A stretch of 64,000 nt of DNA from Camelus ferus (lineage: Eukaryota). The stretch is taken from the NCBI RefSeq assembly GCF_009834535.1, contig NC_045709.1, positions 10,726,001-10,790,000 on the forward strand, read 5' to 3'. The notes under the pieces were generated by a model. That model was given only the letters and a program-made list of their open reading frames with translations, was not told the DNA's origin and searched no databases. Shown here piece after piece: positions 39,613 through 51,639 of the stretch. The first letter of the stretch is position 1. Every line of letters begins with the position of its first letter. Position numbers and translations under genes: made by a program.

Positions 39613-41249
39613 AACATGGTCAATAGAACTCGTTCCTCTTCTCTCCATTTCTATTATTCAAAATTCCAACTTCTTCTACTTCATTAAGAATGCTATGTAG
39701 TGCACTTGAATTTGATTTGTTCTTCATCTGTACTTTGCTCCAATAAAATTTATATCCTACCTTCAACCGCAGGTAAGAATAAGGCTTTAAACTTGTAAAG
39801 ACCTCTTTGATGTCTCATTTTATTTTATTTTCAGAAGCATATTCCCCACAGACCTGCACCACTAAATCATCGTGAGCTTTTTCCTCCTCTATTTCTTGAC
39901 CTTTGCTTCCCATGTAGGTCTTACTTCCAAGGCTATTTCATCTTAGCTGTGACCTTGTCATTCATCTCTTGCTGCCTAAATTTTCAAAATCTTTCCTTTG
40001 ACAGGCTTCCCCGGCTCTTGTCTGCCTTTCATCTTTTGGGCCAGCTTTAATTTGGGACTAGTCTAGAGACCCATTTTCTGTAGGCTCTCAGGCTAGATGC
40101 AATGACCTATTCCAACTTCAAATTTCATTTCTAGGAAATCATCTGCCAATATCCACTTTCTGTCTATTTCTACTTGACTTCAAAATGTCTTGATAAAGGT
40201 GATTCGTTAATCACCTTGACATTTTATCTTCCCACTGCTGGATGCTTGGTGTTACCCAAACCATCTTGAGGATCCTCAGTTTTTCACTTTCTATCTGGAC
40301 ATTTTGATGTTATATAGATGTAATAAGTGGAAAACACACAAAAACAGTGACTGGTTTGATATAATGATAGCAGTAGGGAGTAAGCCATGATAATCGGAGT
40401 GCGAGGGGTGTTATGAATGAGTTCTGACTCAGTGTCTTCACTTCCTCACTTCCAAAGACCTGCACTGCCATACCTTTTCAGTTGCCTCTCCCGTGGTCAG
40501 ACCCTGACCTAAGCCAACATCAGGGATTGCCCATTCCTGATGCAATGTCAACTTCTCACTGTCTGAGCAAAAATCTTTTGTCTGTCAGACTTGTGTTTCC
40601 TCATCCAGGCTGAAATCAACTGAAAGATGAACTCAGCCTTTCAGTAGTTTTCACTGGAAATCAAATTACTTAATTACTATGCATGTCATCACATCTGAGG
40701 TTATCACTGAAGATTTTATGGAATCACACAAAAAGGTGGCGTATGGTAAAATATTAGGGTACAGTATTACTGTTCTCAAAAATCCAGACCTCCCCAAAGA
40801 GGGTTCTACCCTTCCCACTCCCAGGGCTTAACCCACAGACCCCTCTCTCTGATCTCCACTCCTCTCCTACACAAGACTTCACTCAAGTTCTCCCATCTCT
40901 TGTGCAGGGAAAGTCTGTTCTGCTCCCAGCTCCTACTCCCCAAAAGCCAGAGTATCCACTGAAATCAGTATCAGTGTTGAGTATGCTGCAGAATTTCAGG
41001 AACGTGAGACAGGAAACCATATTGGTAAGGGATGAGACCAAACAGCCAAGAATATGAAACAATGAAGGAGTTCAGAGGGAAGGGAGTTGTGAATGAGTCC
41101 TCTTGAAATCAAGGTGTGTATGCACCCTTTATACCTCATGTTGACCTAAGTTTTTGCATTACTGGTCCCCAGTGTATGCAAAGTATATGACTTCACTACA
41201 ATTGAAGTATTACTGTGGTCAGATGTCCATCCATTAGGACTGACAGCAT

Positions 41250-41450
41250 AGAGGTTAGATGCAAGGGCCCTGGAGTCCAACTGCTTCCTTACTAACTGAA
41301 CAAGTTCCTTACCTCCTCCATGCCTCATCTCTAAAATGAGGATAATAAAAGTGCCTGCTCCCAAGGGTGTGGTGAGGGTTATATGACATCATCTCTGCAG
41401 AGTACTTAGCACAGAGTCAGGCCCCAAGTAAGCACTAAATGCATTTCAGT
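41250..41450 (+). mobile_element. MIR SINE
   Basis: caagttccttacctcctccatgcctcatctctaaaatgaggataataaaagtgcct...agtacttagcacagag. Confidence 0.65.
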
Positions 41451-41515
41451 TATAGTAAGGATCAGTGTTGGTTATAAACCCTTTTTCTGAAGGACTTACA
41501 TTAAAAAGCATTTTA

Positions 41516-42112
41516 ATGGAAACAACCTAAATATCTACCTACAGATGACTGGATAAAGAAGTTATGGTGTATATATATATATATATATATATACACCATA
41601 ACTTCTTTATATATATATGGAATGGAATACTACTCAGCCAACAAGAATAAAATAATACCATTTGCAGCAATATGGATGGATCTGGAGATTGTCACACTAA
41701 GTGAAGTAAGCCAGAAAGAGAAAGAAAAATGCTAGGTGAGATCATTTATATGTGAAACCTAAAAAAAAAAAATGACACAAATGAACTAATTTACAAAACA
41801 GAAACAGACTCACAGACATAGAAAACAAACTTACGGTTACTGGTGGGGGAAAAGGGGTGGGAAGGGATAAACTGGGAGTTCAAGATTTGCAGACACTGAC
41901 TATTATATATAAAATAGATAAACAACCAGTTTATACTGTACAGCACAGGGAACTATATTCAATATCTTGTAGTAACCTATAATGAAAAAGAATATGAAAA
42001 TGAATATATGTATATATAATATATATATATGACTGGAACATTATGCTATATACCAGAAATTGACACAGCATTGTAAACTGACTATAATTTAAAAAACAAC
42101 AAAAAAACTCCC
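41516..42112 (+). mobile_element. 5'-truncated L1 3' end of camelid/Cetartiodactyla type
   Basis: atggaatactactcagcca...gggagttcaagatttgcagacac...cagcacagggaactatattcaatatcttg...ttgtaaactgactata followed by an A tail; TSD agcatttta at 41507-41515 and 42113-42121. Confidence 0.88.
41553..41610. repeat. Perfect 58-bp palindrome: 17-bp arm, (TA)12, 17-bp inverted arm
   Basis: ataaagaagttatggtg (TA)12 caccataacttctttat. Confidence 0.95.
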
Positions 42113-43164
42113 AGCATTTTATTTTGATAATTTCATGTTTGTCTTTTATTTTGACATAGCTTCCATGTGGACCAAAAGATAAAAGAAATAAAGAGACAGA
42201 GTGAGGAGGAGGTGGCAGGGATCACTAGACTTTTAAACAAAAGTGATGAAAAGGAATATAATTCCTCTGCCCTGATGAATTATTGCAGAAACAGACTCCA
42301 GAATTAAATCAATATTGTCAAGGAAAATGAAAGGTCGTCTACTTTACTCTCCTGTCTTCACTCAGGCCCACATCCAACTCATCCCTAGGAGACAAAAGTA
42401 AGCTTATTTTCAAAGAACTTCTTCGCAGAGATTTGCATTTTCTCTGAGTAACCAATTCCTTTCCTTCTGACTGTGAGACAGGAAAACGCAGGCCCTTTTA
42501 TTCTGGAAATGGATGTATGTACTGAACAAATATGAGTGGTGAGAGGACATGGAGTTGACAAAGGTTCCTGTTCTTATTCACAGTCCTGTTTTCTAACTGC
42601 CCACATGATGTGCAATGAATAGGAAATAATTGCCCCAAATGCTTTATTTTCACTCAAATATTCTTGGCAAAAGTGTGCTTTGTTCCCTCAGTTTGTAAAA
42701 CGAGCATAGTCACGAGGATAGTCTTGTTCATCTAAATTTGTAAAGATGATGTTAATAAGCACTAAACTACGACGGCAACTTCAAAATGAGGCAGTCAGCC
42801 ATCACCCTAGGGCGGTAAGAAGATCACTCTAGCCCTGAACAGAGGCAGGGCCTCCTGGAGGACACAGAAGAAGGGCTAGAGTCAGGAAGACCAGCTCTGA
42901 GGCCCTGGGGTAATGTGGCTGAGAAACATTGAGAGCCCGGGCTAGGCAGTGCGGTGGGGATGGGCAGGGGGGAGGCTGGGGAACAATAAGGAAGTCGGGA
43001 GACAGGACATGATGACAAATTCTTTCTGGATAAATTTTTTCATTTATTATATTAGTCTTTAGTGAAAAAAGGAAACAACTTCCCATGTTTATGTCTGGCA
43101 ATACATCATACATATACAGAGCTTCAGGAGAAGAAGAGAAATAATATTTCCTGAATCTCTGTTG

Positions 43165-43555
43165 GGTCTTTGGGCCTCCTCTCTATCTGTATCTACTCCC
43201 TGGGCGATTTCAACCAGTCTCACATCTGTAAATATATGTATACACTGAGGGCTCCGAACGTTCTATGTCCAGCTTTAACCTCCTCCCTGAACTCCAGCTT
43301 ACAGACGCGGCTGCCTTCTCAAGTTCTCCACCTGCGTGCTTATCAGGGGCCTTAACATGTCCCTAAATACGGTCCTGGCCCTTCCTCCAGCCTGCTGCCT
43401 CTTCAGTCCTTTGCATCACAGCTATTGTCTTCTCCGTTCTTAAAAACTCCAGTCAAAAACCTTTCAGTCATCCTTGACTCCTCTTTCTGTTACATACCTC
43501 TCCCACTCAGTCAGAAAGTCCTACAAGGTTTACCTTCAAAATGCATCCAGTAACA
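43165..43555 (+). mobile_element. L2a relic
   Basis: tctactccctgggcgatttcaaccagtctcac...cagtcatccttgactcctctttc...taccttcaaaatgcatcc. Confidence 0.7.
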
Positions 43556-43564
43556 CTGGGCTGT

Positions 43565-44350
43565 CTTATTCAAACCAACCCTAACAACAAAAAATTTTGG
43601 ACAAAATATATTCTTTTAAATCTAAGAGCCGACAAGACAATAGGTGATTACAAAAACTGAAGAGAAAATTGTAATTCAGGAAAAAAAAGGGGCAAAAACA
43701 AAGAGAGATCTTCACCCTGAGGACATGTGGCTGTTCCAGAACATTTTCCTGTGAATGTAAACACCATGGGATCTAACAAGAAACTCTCCCCAACAATAAG
43801 TTAGGACCTTAACGGGTCTACAGAGTAAGGCTGGTCCAGGAATGGATCAGACCTCACTTGGAATTACACTTGAACTTTTTTTCTGGGGGATCTGGTGAAT
43901 CTCAAGCCTTGAACTTGATTCAAGTTGATCCCAAGCTGGTAGCATCCCCATGCCTGGCAGAAGCAATGACAAATCCTGTCTGGATGAGGTTTCCTTCACT
44001 AATTATAAGTCTCAAATTGTTCCTACTTTTTAAAAAATTGAAATATCCGGTATGCGGTCAGAAATGACGAGACACAAGGAAGCTGGAAAGAACCAACAGA
44101 AGCAGCACAGATTCACAGGCTTAGACACAGGAATTACTGAAGCGTCTTTAATCATGCCTCCTATGCTTGAATAAATAAAAGACAAACTTGAGAGCCTCTG
44201 CAGGAACAGAAAAAATATAAAAAATGATAAAGCAGACAAAATAGAATTTTATAAAAATAAAAACACAATAAAATTTAAAACTACACGGATGGGTTGAACA
44301 GCAGATTAGACATAATTGAAGAGAATGCGTGAACTGGAGGATATGTCATT
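43565..44350 (+). mobile_element. Ancient L1 (L1ME-like) 5' region and ORF1 start, left arm of the interrupted element
   Basis: ORF1-like gggttgaacagcagattagacataattgaagagaatgcgtgaactggagg; the element continues after the retrocopy. Confidence 0.65.
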
Positions 44351-44360
44351 AAAAAGCATA

Positions 44361-45796
44361 GGGGTAGCGGGCTGCAATGGCAGGGGGAGTGGGGAGGTGG
44401 GGGCAGGTGGTGCCTCTTTGCCCTGTTGTCCCCTAGCCCCACCCAGACATCAGGCAGGTCACCACCACCATGAGGATCTGGACTTTAGAGCTTGTCTTTT
44501 ACTACCCATGGGAAACTGCTACAACAGTTTATACACAGCAGATATACTCAAACCCTAGGAACCCAAGTACAGCTGGGCCTGATGTGGGACAGACAAATAG
44601 ATCCCCCTGCAAAGCTACACAGCCGTTGACTTCTCAGCATAAAATGGGAACTGTCTTCCATTCTGAATTCACTTATTGGTGCAGTAAGAACCAAAACATG
44701 CATGCAGTATGTAGTTGATCCTATAAAAGAAAATAATGAAACTTAAATCTACTAATACTTCATTTACAAATATGGTTTCAGTAGTTGGGAGACATATAAA
44801 AACCACATCCTCAAGACCGAGGAAAAACTATTCTGACTCACAAAGTCACAATGACTGAAAGGAGTCAGTCCCGGCAGCCACATAGAAGGACTTACGGCAG
44901 GTACAGTACCTTCAAATGCTAACAAGGGCTGAGATGCAATGGGATGAGTAATGCATCAATTAAATGCAGAGACTGAAGAGTTGACAGCTTCAGCAAGAAG
45001 GAGATAAGGACCCCCACGGCAGCTGCAGCATGTGTAGAGAAATAATCATGAAAATTGTTATTTAACATCGAGTCCCCCAGGTGTATTTAAGCTGACAATG
45101 TATTTATTTGTTATTTTAAAAATAGAACTTCATTTTAGGTAGAATTTTTTTTAATAACCTAAAGAAAGGCTATGTAACTTCTGACCAAAAGAAAGAGGTG
45201 CAGGCCTTTTACATAAAAGGGGTCATCCAAAATTAGTATCGTTTAAAATATTCAACTCATTTTGAGGTTTCCAGGACCCATGTGGAAATTTAACAATTTT
45301 TGAAAAAGTATTTTGAAATTGGTTTTAGCATATTTAATCTCCTTAAGGTAGGGTTTTAAAGCTTTTCCCACATTGACACTCTGTCTGGCCTTGGACCAAC
45401 CTCATAACAAAGCAGAACCACTTCTTACATGCACACAATTGCCTTACTGTGGTTAACTTCAACAGCTTGCTTGAAGGAACTGGCTTTAAAAGGAGAAATT
45501 GTATAGTTTTAGAGACATATTAGTTTGTGTAAAATAATCTTCTCTGCTATAAGCCACCAATGAAAACCACAGTGTTTTGGCTTGGTATGGTACTCAGATA
45601 TTTTTGGAGTGAAAATTACCACTAAATATGGTTTTACTATATTCATAAAGACTGTACTCATGTGCCAGAGTTTTGTAGCCTAATAAAGTTACTACCTTCC
45701 TTCAATTTGTACTTCCAAAACTCTGTATGATTTGATCTACTGTACTGTGGGCTAGTTATGTTAACTGAAAATTCAGTCGTTACCTGAAAAGAAAAA
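44361..45796 (+). pseudogene. PRELID3B: Processed pseudogene of PRELID3B (SLMO2): 5'UTR, disabled CDS 44470-45045, 3'UTR and A-tail remnant
   Basis: Stitched frames read MRIWTLELVFYYPWETATT...NPRNPS / [36 protein letters not shown] / MKLKSTNTSFTNMVSV / KPHPQD / [45 protein letters not shown] / IRTPTAAAACVEK*. This is colinear with PRELID3B (MKIWTSEHVFDHPWETVTT...IRTPMAAAAFAEK). No introns; AATAAA at 45682; A-rich tail at 45787-45796; TT|AAAA site at the 5' junction (44349-44355). Confidence 0.92.
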
Positions 45797-46070
45797 GTGT
45801 CACATAGAAAGTAACAGGAAAGGTCTATCCATTAAATATGCCACATATATTAAATCAGAGTCCAAGAAAGAGTGAGAGAGTGAGGAAAAAGCAATACTTG
45901 GTGAGATAGTGACCATTTTGTAGAACTACAGAAGGACACCAGTCACGTGTTTAAGAAGCTCAGTGGATGCTAAGCAGGAAAATAGAACGTTCACCACACC
46001 TAGATACACTGTGGTGAAACTTCAGAAAACCAAATACAAGGAAGATGTCTGAAAAGCAATTAAAGAAACA
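45797..46070 (+). mobile_element. L1ME-like ORF1, middle arm
   Basis: cacacctagatacactgtggtgaaacttcagaaaaccaaatacaag is a typical ORF1 stretch. Confidence 0.65.
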
Positions 46071-46554
46071 TGAGAGTTGTGGGTTAAGTTTTATTTGGGC
46101 CAAAATGAGGACTATAGCCCAGGAGACAGCATCTCAGAGAGCTCTGAGGAACTGCTGGGAAGAGGCAGGGGGAACTCAGTATCATATATGATTTCAGTGA
46201 ATGGGGGACATGCAGTCAGGCACACATTCAGACAGAGGCTTGCTGCTAGTCACCAGATGTCACCGCTAAGTATTTCAGTGCTTTTCTAGATATTAGGAGA
46301 TGCAAGAATTTGAGCTCATAAAATCTTCTCCTGAAAATATCTAACTAACTGAAGTCAGATAACAACCTGTTCTGCCACTTTCCCCGGAGCAGAGCGCCCC
46401 TGTTCCTGATCTCTGCCCTGGGCTCCTTCAGAGAGGGTGGGAGGTCAGCGGCTGCAGCAGCTGGTAATTCAATCCAAGCAGAGGGAGATGGCAGGTGCCA
46501 ACGTGGTTCAGTCCTTGTCAAGGCAGATGGCAAGTGCCAATTTTTAGTTGGCAA
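46071..46554 (-). mobile_element. ERV1-class solo LTR inserted into the L1 ORF1
   Basis: Minus strand begins ttgccaactaaaaattggcacttgccatc and ends gctgtctcctgggctatagtcctcattttggcccaaataaaacttaacccacaactctca, with AATAAA at 46090-46095. The termini are not clean TG...CA. Confidence 0.72.
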
Positions 46555-46556
46555 TC

Positions 46557-48185
46557 TATAAGGATCTGACTGTCAGCAATCCTTCTCAAGAACGATGAAA
46601 GTCAGAATGTAATGAAGTTACTGTCTTGGTGAGTTTCTAAAAATCTAGAAGTCTATGTCTAGCTAAAATATCCATAAAAAAATAAAGATATGTTCAAACA
46701 AACAAAAATTGAGTTTTCCACTAGCAGACCTGTGCTAAAGGAAATTCTGAAGGGAGTATTTCAGGAAGAAGGAAAATGGTCCCAAATGGAAGGTTTAAGA
46801 TGCAAGAAAAACTGAAAAACAAAGACAGTTGCAAATAGGAGCACAACTTCAAATTAATGTTAATTAGGTACATCAATAGTGATTATAATTTCTTATGGTT
46901 TAATATATATAATATTGAATTAAAACACACAGAACACAATGACAGCATATAAATCAGAAGGGGTGTGAATGGATTTAAAGTATCCTAATGCCCTTATATC
47001 AGCCAAGAGGAGACTTAAAGTATTTAACCATATTAGACTTTGATAACGTAACAATGCAGGCAATCACTGAAGGAAAAGAAATGTCATGTATCGCCTCCAA
47101 ACCATTCCAAAGCTAACAAAATAAAACTAATAAATGTGGCAGAAAGAAAACAATAAATAGCATAAATTAAAGACATTAAAAACAATTATACAATAAAAAA
47201 AAATCAACAAACCCAAATACTTCTAGTTGAATTGATACTTCTCATAAGAAAGATGAGGAAACACACAAAGAACCGATACCAGGAATGCAAGAGGGAACAT
47301 CACAAAGCCTGCAGTAGCTAAAAAGGTGATAAGAAGTTAAGAACCGTTTTAGGCCAATACATTTGAAAATGTAGTTGAAATAGACTAGTTGATAAAAACA
47401 TAAGCAATCAAATGTCATTCAAAAACAAAAATAGAAAATCTGCATACCTTATCATCATTTAAAAAAATGGAGTCAGTAATACAAAAATCTTCTCACCAAG
47501 CTTCTAGACCCAGATGACTTCACTGGAGAATTCTTAAAATCAGTCAAGAAAGAAATAATTCCAATCTTTCTCATCCAACAAACTCATCCAGGCAATAAAA
47601 AGAAATCCATTTTGTGAGGCTAGCATGCCCTTGACACAAAAATCTTTCTTAGACATACATGAAAGAAAATCACAGGCCAATCTTTCTAATAAGCACAGAT
47701 GCAAAATTCCTAATCAGAATATTAATAAATGGAGTTCAAAGATGAATAAAACATGTAATACATCCCAATCAAATACGGTTTATTCCAAAAATGAAAGGTT
47801 GGTTTGCATTAGATAATCTATGAAATGTACCACATAAACAGCATAAAGAAGAAAAACCATATGGTTATCTCAAGAGATCCAGAAAGACTTTTTGATAAAA
47901 TTGAATATTATTACAAAAACTCTTAGTAAACTAGGACAGAAGAGAATTGCCTTAATCTGATGACAAGTATCTACCAACATCACATCTACCATGAAACACT
48001 GAAAGTATACTTTGAAATAAAGACTAAGACAAGAATGCCTACTAGTACCATTTCTATCAACATTTTACTAGAGATTGTAGCAAGTGCAGGGAAGCAAATA
48101 AATTGAGTTATACAGATTAGATGGGAAGAACAAAAACTATCATTATTTGAAAATGTGACTGTGTGTAAAAAGTCTCAAGTTAATT
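46557..48185 (+). mobile_element. L1ME-like ORF1 end, spacer and degraded, internally deleted ORF2 (endonuclease to RT)
   Basis: ctagacccagatgacttcactggagaattc, cacagatgcaaaattcctaatcagaatatta and actcttagtaaactagg are ORF2-like. Confidence 0.72.
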
Positions 48186-48229
48186 GCATTCAGACATCTT
48201 GCTATGTCAAAACGCAAAGAATCACTCAC

Positions 48230-48360
48230 AGACTAATCAAAGCAGCACAGAGGGAGGCAGGAGCCAGCTTGAAGAGGCTTCCACTGACCAAAATTGGACA
48301 CAACTTGAACATTGAAAAGAATAATAACTGTAATGAACTATGAAGTATTTAATAAATAAA
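48230..48360 (+). mobile_element. L1MC-type 3'UTR fragment
   Basis: gccagcttgaagaggcttccactgaccaaaattggacacaacttgaacattgaaaagaataataac. Confidence 0.6.
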
Positions 48361-48361
48361 A

Positions 48362-48735
48362 CTCTGTGAGTACAGCATGTAGGGGCAGTGGGGTGGTGGT
48401 GGTGTGGAGAGAGGAGATTCAGCTGGGGCACTGGTGGAACTTGCTGGACAGCCCCTGGGTGGTGCTGCTGGACACACTGGGAAATTGTCCTCGGGGCTGC
48501 AGCTGAAACTTGCTGGGGTGTGAACACTACTGGGTGTCCTGCATGAGCAACAGAGAAGCAAGAAGAGAAGAAAGCCCGCTGGAAACAGGAAAAAAAGACC
48601 CTGGCTTCTGCATTGTCCATCCACTGTCAAGGCCTAACATCCTGCCACCTGGCAAAGGAGAAGTGTTTATAGGATCTGACTACAGCACCATAAAGCAGAG
48701 CAAGGAAAGGTGAACTTGGAGCTGAGAGGCAATAA
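48362..48735. mobile_element. Old ERVL/MaLR-type LTR-like element, family uncertain
   Basis: ctggcaaaggagaagtgtttataggatctgactacagcaccataaagcagagc...ggagctgagaggcaataaat resembles an ancient eutherian LTR. Confidence 0.4.
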
Positions 48736-48962
48736 ATACATACTTACATATACGCCAATACACAAGTGTGTAACGCAAACACACACAAAATACAGTTTCA
48801 TGCGGATAAAGTTAACTATATTTAAAACTGAAGTTGAAAGCTCTATATGTGTATGTATTTTGAAACATGGGCATATAAAGATAGATTAAGATTAATTTTT
48901 ATAGTTTGACAAAAATGAACCTTTTCAATAGGTCAGAAAAAGATAGATCTTTAAGTGTACAT

Positions 48963-49470
48963 TCTTTTTCCCCAGCTTTATTGAGATGTGACTGACATAA
49001 CATTGTGTAGGTTGGATGTGTTGTTTTGTGTACCATGTACAAAACACTGTGTACACAGTTTACGGTGTATTGTTTTGATACACTTACACATTGTAAAATG
49101 ATTACCACCATACCATCCCGTCACATAATTACTATTTCTTTTTTGTGGTGAGGGCATTTAAGACCTACTTAAGTCTCTTAGCCACTTTTAAGTGTATAAT
49201 ACAGTATTGTTAACTATTGTCTCCATGCTGTGCATTAAGTCCTCAGAATTTACCCATCTTATAACTGGAAGTTTATACTCTTCGATCACCATCTCCCCAC
49301 TCCCCCTCCCACTCTCCACCCAGGCGCTGGTAACCATTGTTCTAGTCTCTGTTTCTGTGAGTTCAGCTTTTTTACATTCCACATATTTAGTGATACCACA
49401 CAACAGTTGTCTTTCTATGCCTGACCTAATTTCACTTAGCTTGGTTCCCTCAAGGTCCACTCATGCTGTA
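48963..49470 (-). mobile_element. L1MA9-like 3' end
   Basis: ccagctttattgagatgtgactgac...ttataactggaagtttatactcttc...ctctgtttctgtgagttcagc. Confidence 0.78.
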
Positions 49471-50774
49471 AATATACATTTTAAATATACATTCGTTGGG
49501 CCTTTGACAATGCAACTACTTTTAACAGATTTTCTTATTTATGAGAAAAGTTGTTAGTAATCACTGTTTCTTATTGCTTTTCCCTTTTAATACAGTGCCT
49601 TTGATCATTGCTTGCCTTTGGATAATTGTGACTTACACTCATGTCTGACAACTCTTCATTTCTGCCTTACCTAAATTTAAGCTTGAATTCAGAATAAAAA
49701 TATTAGCATGCTTATATACATAAACTATCTTCAGATTTTGGGGGATAGTCTTCGGGTAACTCAAAGATATGTTTCTTCACCTTATAAAATAAAGGATCAT
49801 AGAAATAATTGGGTTTATTTGGCATTCTCCAAATTTTAGATAACACACAACTTTAGATAAATGTGTTTCCGTGACTATGGGTTTTTCTTTTCAAGTTAAA
49901 AGAAATATACTCTTGTTCAAGCACAAATATTGGCACGATAAATGTCTATAATAGGTGGGAAAGAATAGTCTCCTTAATAAATTGTCAGGGAATAGTTGGA
50001 TATCCAAATGTAAATTGGATAGCAACTTTCAAAAATTGTTTAGGATGATCTACTAAAGTTGAAAATACTCTTTAAATTATTATTATCAGGCAATTAAGAA
50101 AAGTTGGTTATGGTGATTGAGGACAAGATCTACTGCCAACACTCCTGGCAGTTCAGGTCGGTGAGAGGAACACCTGGCATTTCCCTTGGGGCAGTGGGCA
50201 GTGGCCAGGGGACTGGGCTGAGAGGACAGGTCTTGATGCGCGGGAGACCAGGGCACCTGCAGGTCCTCTAACATCTCTATAAAAGTGGTGGGATTGACTT
50301 GATTACATTAAGGTCATTTTTCATTCTAGAATGTTGTGATTCATCCTTGATTCACTGATCAATATTTTTAAATACCCCAGTTCATTGGGAGAAGCAATTT
50401 ATCTTTCCTGGTATTGATCTGAAGGGAGAGTTTGTCACGGAGTTCTTGACTTAAGGCACGTGGAGTAACTTGGTTGATAATTTGCTCACTATCATTTTGC
50501 AAAGGATACAGAAATGCATGTTGAGTAAGCTTTTCTCCTCTCTCTAAAATTTAAGGACAAAAATGAAGATAAACTCAGCATTTCCTAAAGTTTGTGTCAT
50601 TAGACTTGCAAAATACAACTTTAAAAAAATTTTAAAGCTTTTTGGCATTAAAAAGAAGGGAAGTTCATAAGGCATATTAGCTTACCAATGTTCTATAAAG
50701 ATAGGTACAAAGACTTTTTTGAATCTACGTTTCTCCTATCTTTTCATTTGTATTAAAACAAGTAATGTCTAATC

Positions 50775-51133
50775 TGCAACAAACCAAATGTTTGTGTCCC
50801 CCCAGATTCATATGTTGAAATCCTAACCTCGCTGTGATGGTATTAGAAAGTGGGCCTTTGGGAGGTGATTAGGTCATGAGAGTGCAGCCCTCATGGTGGG
50901 ATTAGTTCCATGATAAAAGGGACCCCAGAGAGGTCTCCCCTCCCTTACCCGTATGAGGATACAATGAGAACAAGGCAGTCTGCAACCTGCAAAATGCTCT
51001 CACCAGAACCCGACCACACTGGCACCCTGATCTCGGACTTCCAGCCTCCAGAGCTATGAGATAGAAATTTCTGTTATTTACAAGCCACCCAGTGTACAGG
51101 ATTATGTCACAGCCACCTGAATGGACCAAGCCA
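50775..51133 (+). mobile_element. MLT1A-type MaLR solo LTR
   Basis: aatgtttgtgtccccccagattcatatgttgaaatcctaacc...ctggcaccctgatctcggacttccagcctccagagctatgag. Confidence 0.85.
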
Positions 51134-51639
51134 TAACAGAGCTCGTGTTCTGAAGAACTTGCTATAGAAAATATAAATGCTCCATCTGTCTTTTCTCCCT
51201 GTCAGCAAAAATGTTCAAGAGATGCAACCATAGATGCTGCCTCCTCCTCTTCGCTTCCCACTCTAGTGGAACTCTCAGGTTCTCCACTCCAGCAAAAGGA
51301 CTCTTGTCAACATCAGCGAGAACCCTCATGCTCTCAACCCAATGGACCCGTGTCCGGCCCCATCTTCCTCTGCCCGTCAGCTGAGTTCAGCAGGTAGCTG
51401 TTCCTGCATCCTGAAAGCCGTCTCTTCCATGAGATTTGTCATGTTGTGCTTTGTAGGTTCCTCTTCTGTCCATGCCGTCCTTCCCAACCTCCCCTTCTGT
51501 TCAGCCCAGCAGACTTGGAAATGGGGCTTCCTCTGTGCACTGGTTCTCCTCGTCTCTGACGCAGCTACACTGTCTGATTGCCTTCTCCTCCCCGCAGTGT
51601 GGCATGCCACCACCTCTGTGCCGGTGACCCCACAATGTT

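Noticed and set aside
44316-44558. 80-aa ORF with a His run (GHHHHEDLDF...)
   Set aside because: Chance chimera of L1 ORF1 relic, retrocopy 5'UTR and an off-frame reading of the PRELID3B pseudogene.
50105-50270. MVIEDKIYCQH motif resembling the end of a LIM domain
   Set aside because: There is an in-frame stop just upstream, no other Cys/His ligands and no compatible splice phase.
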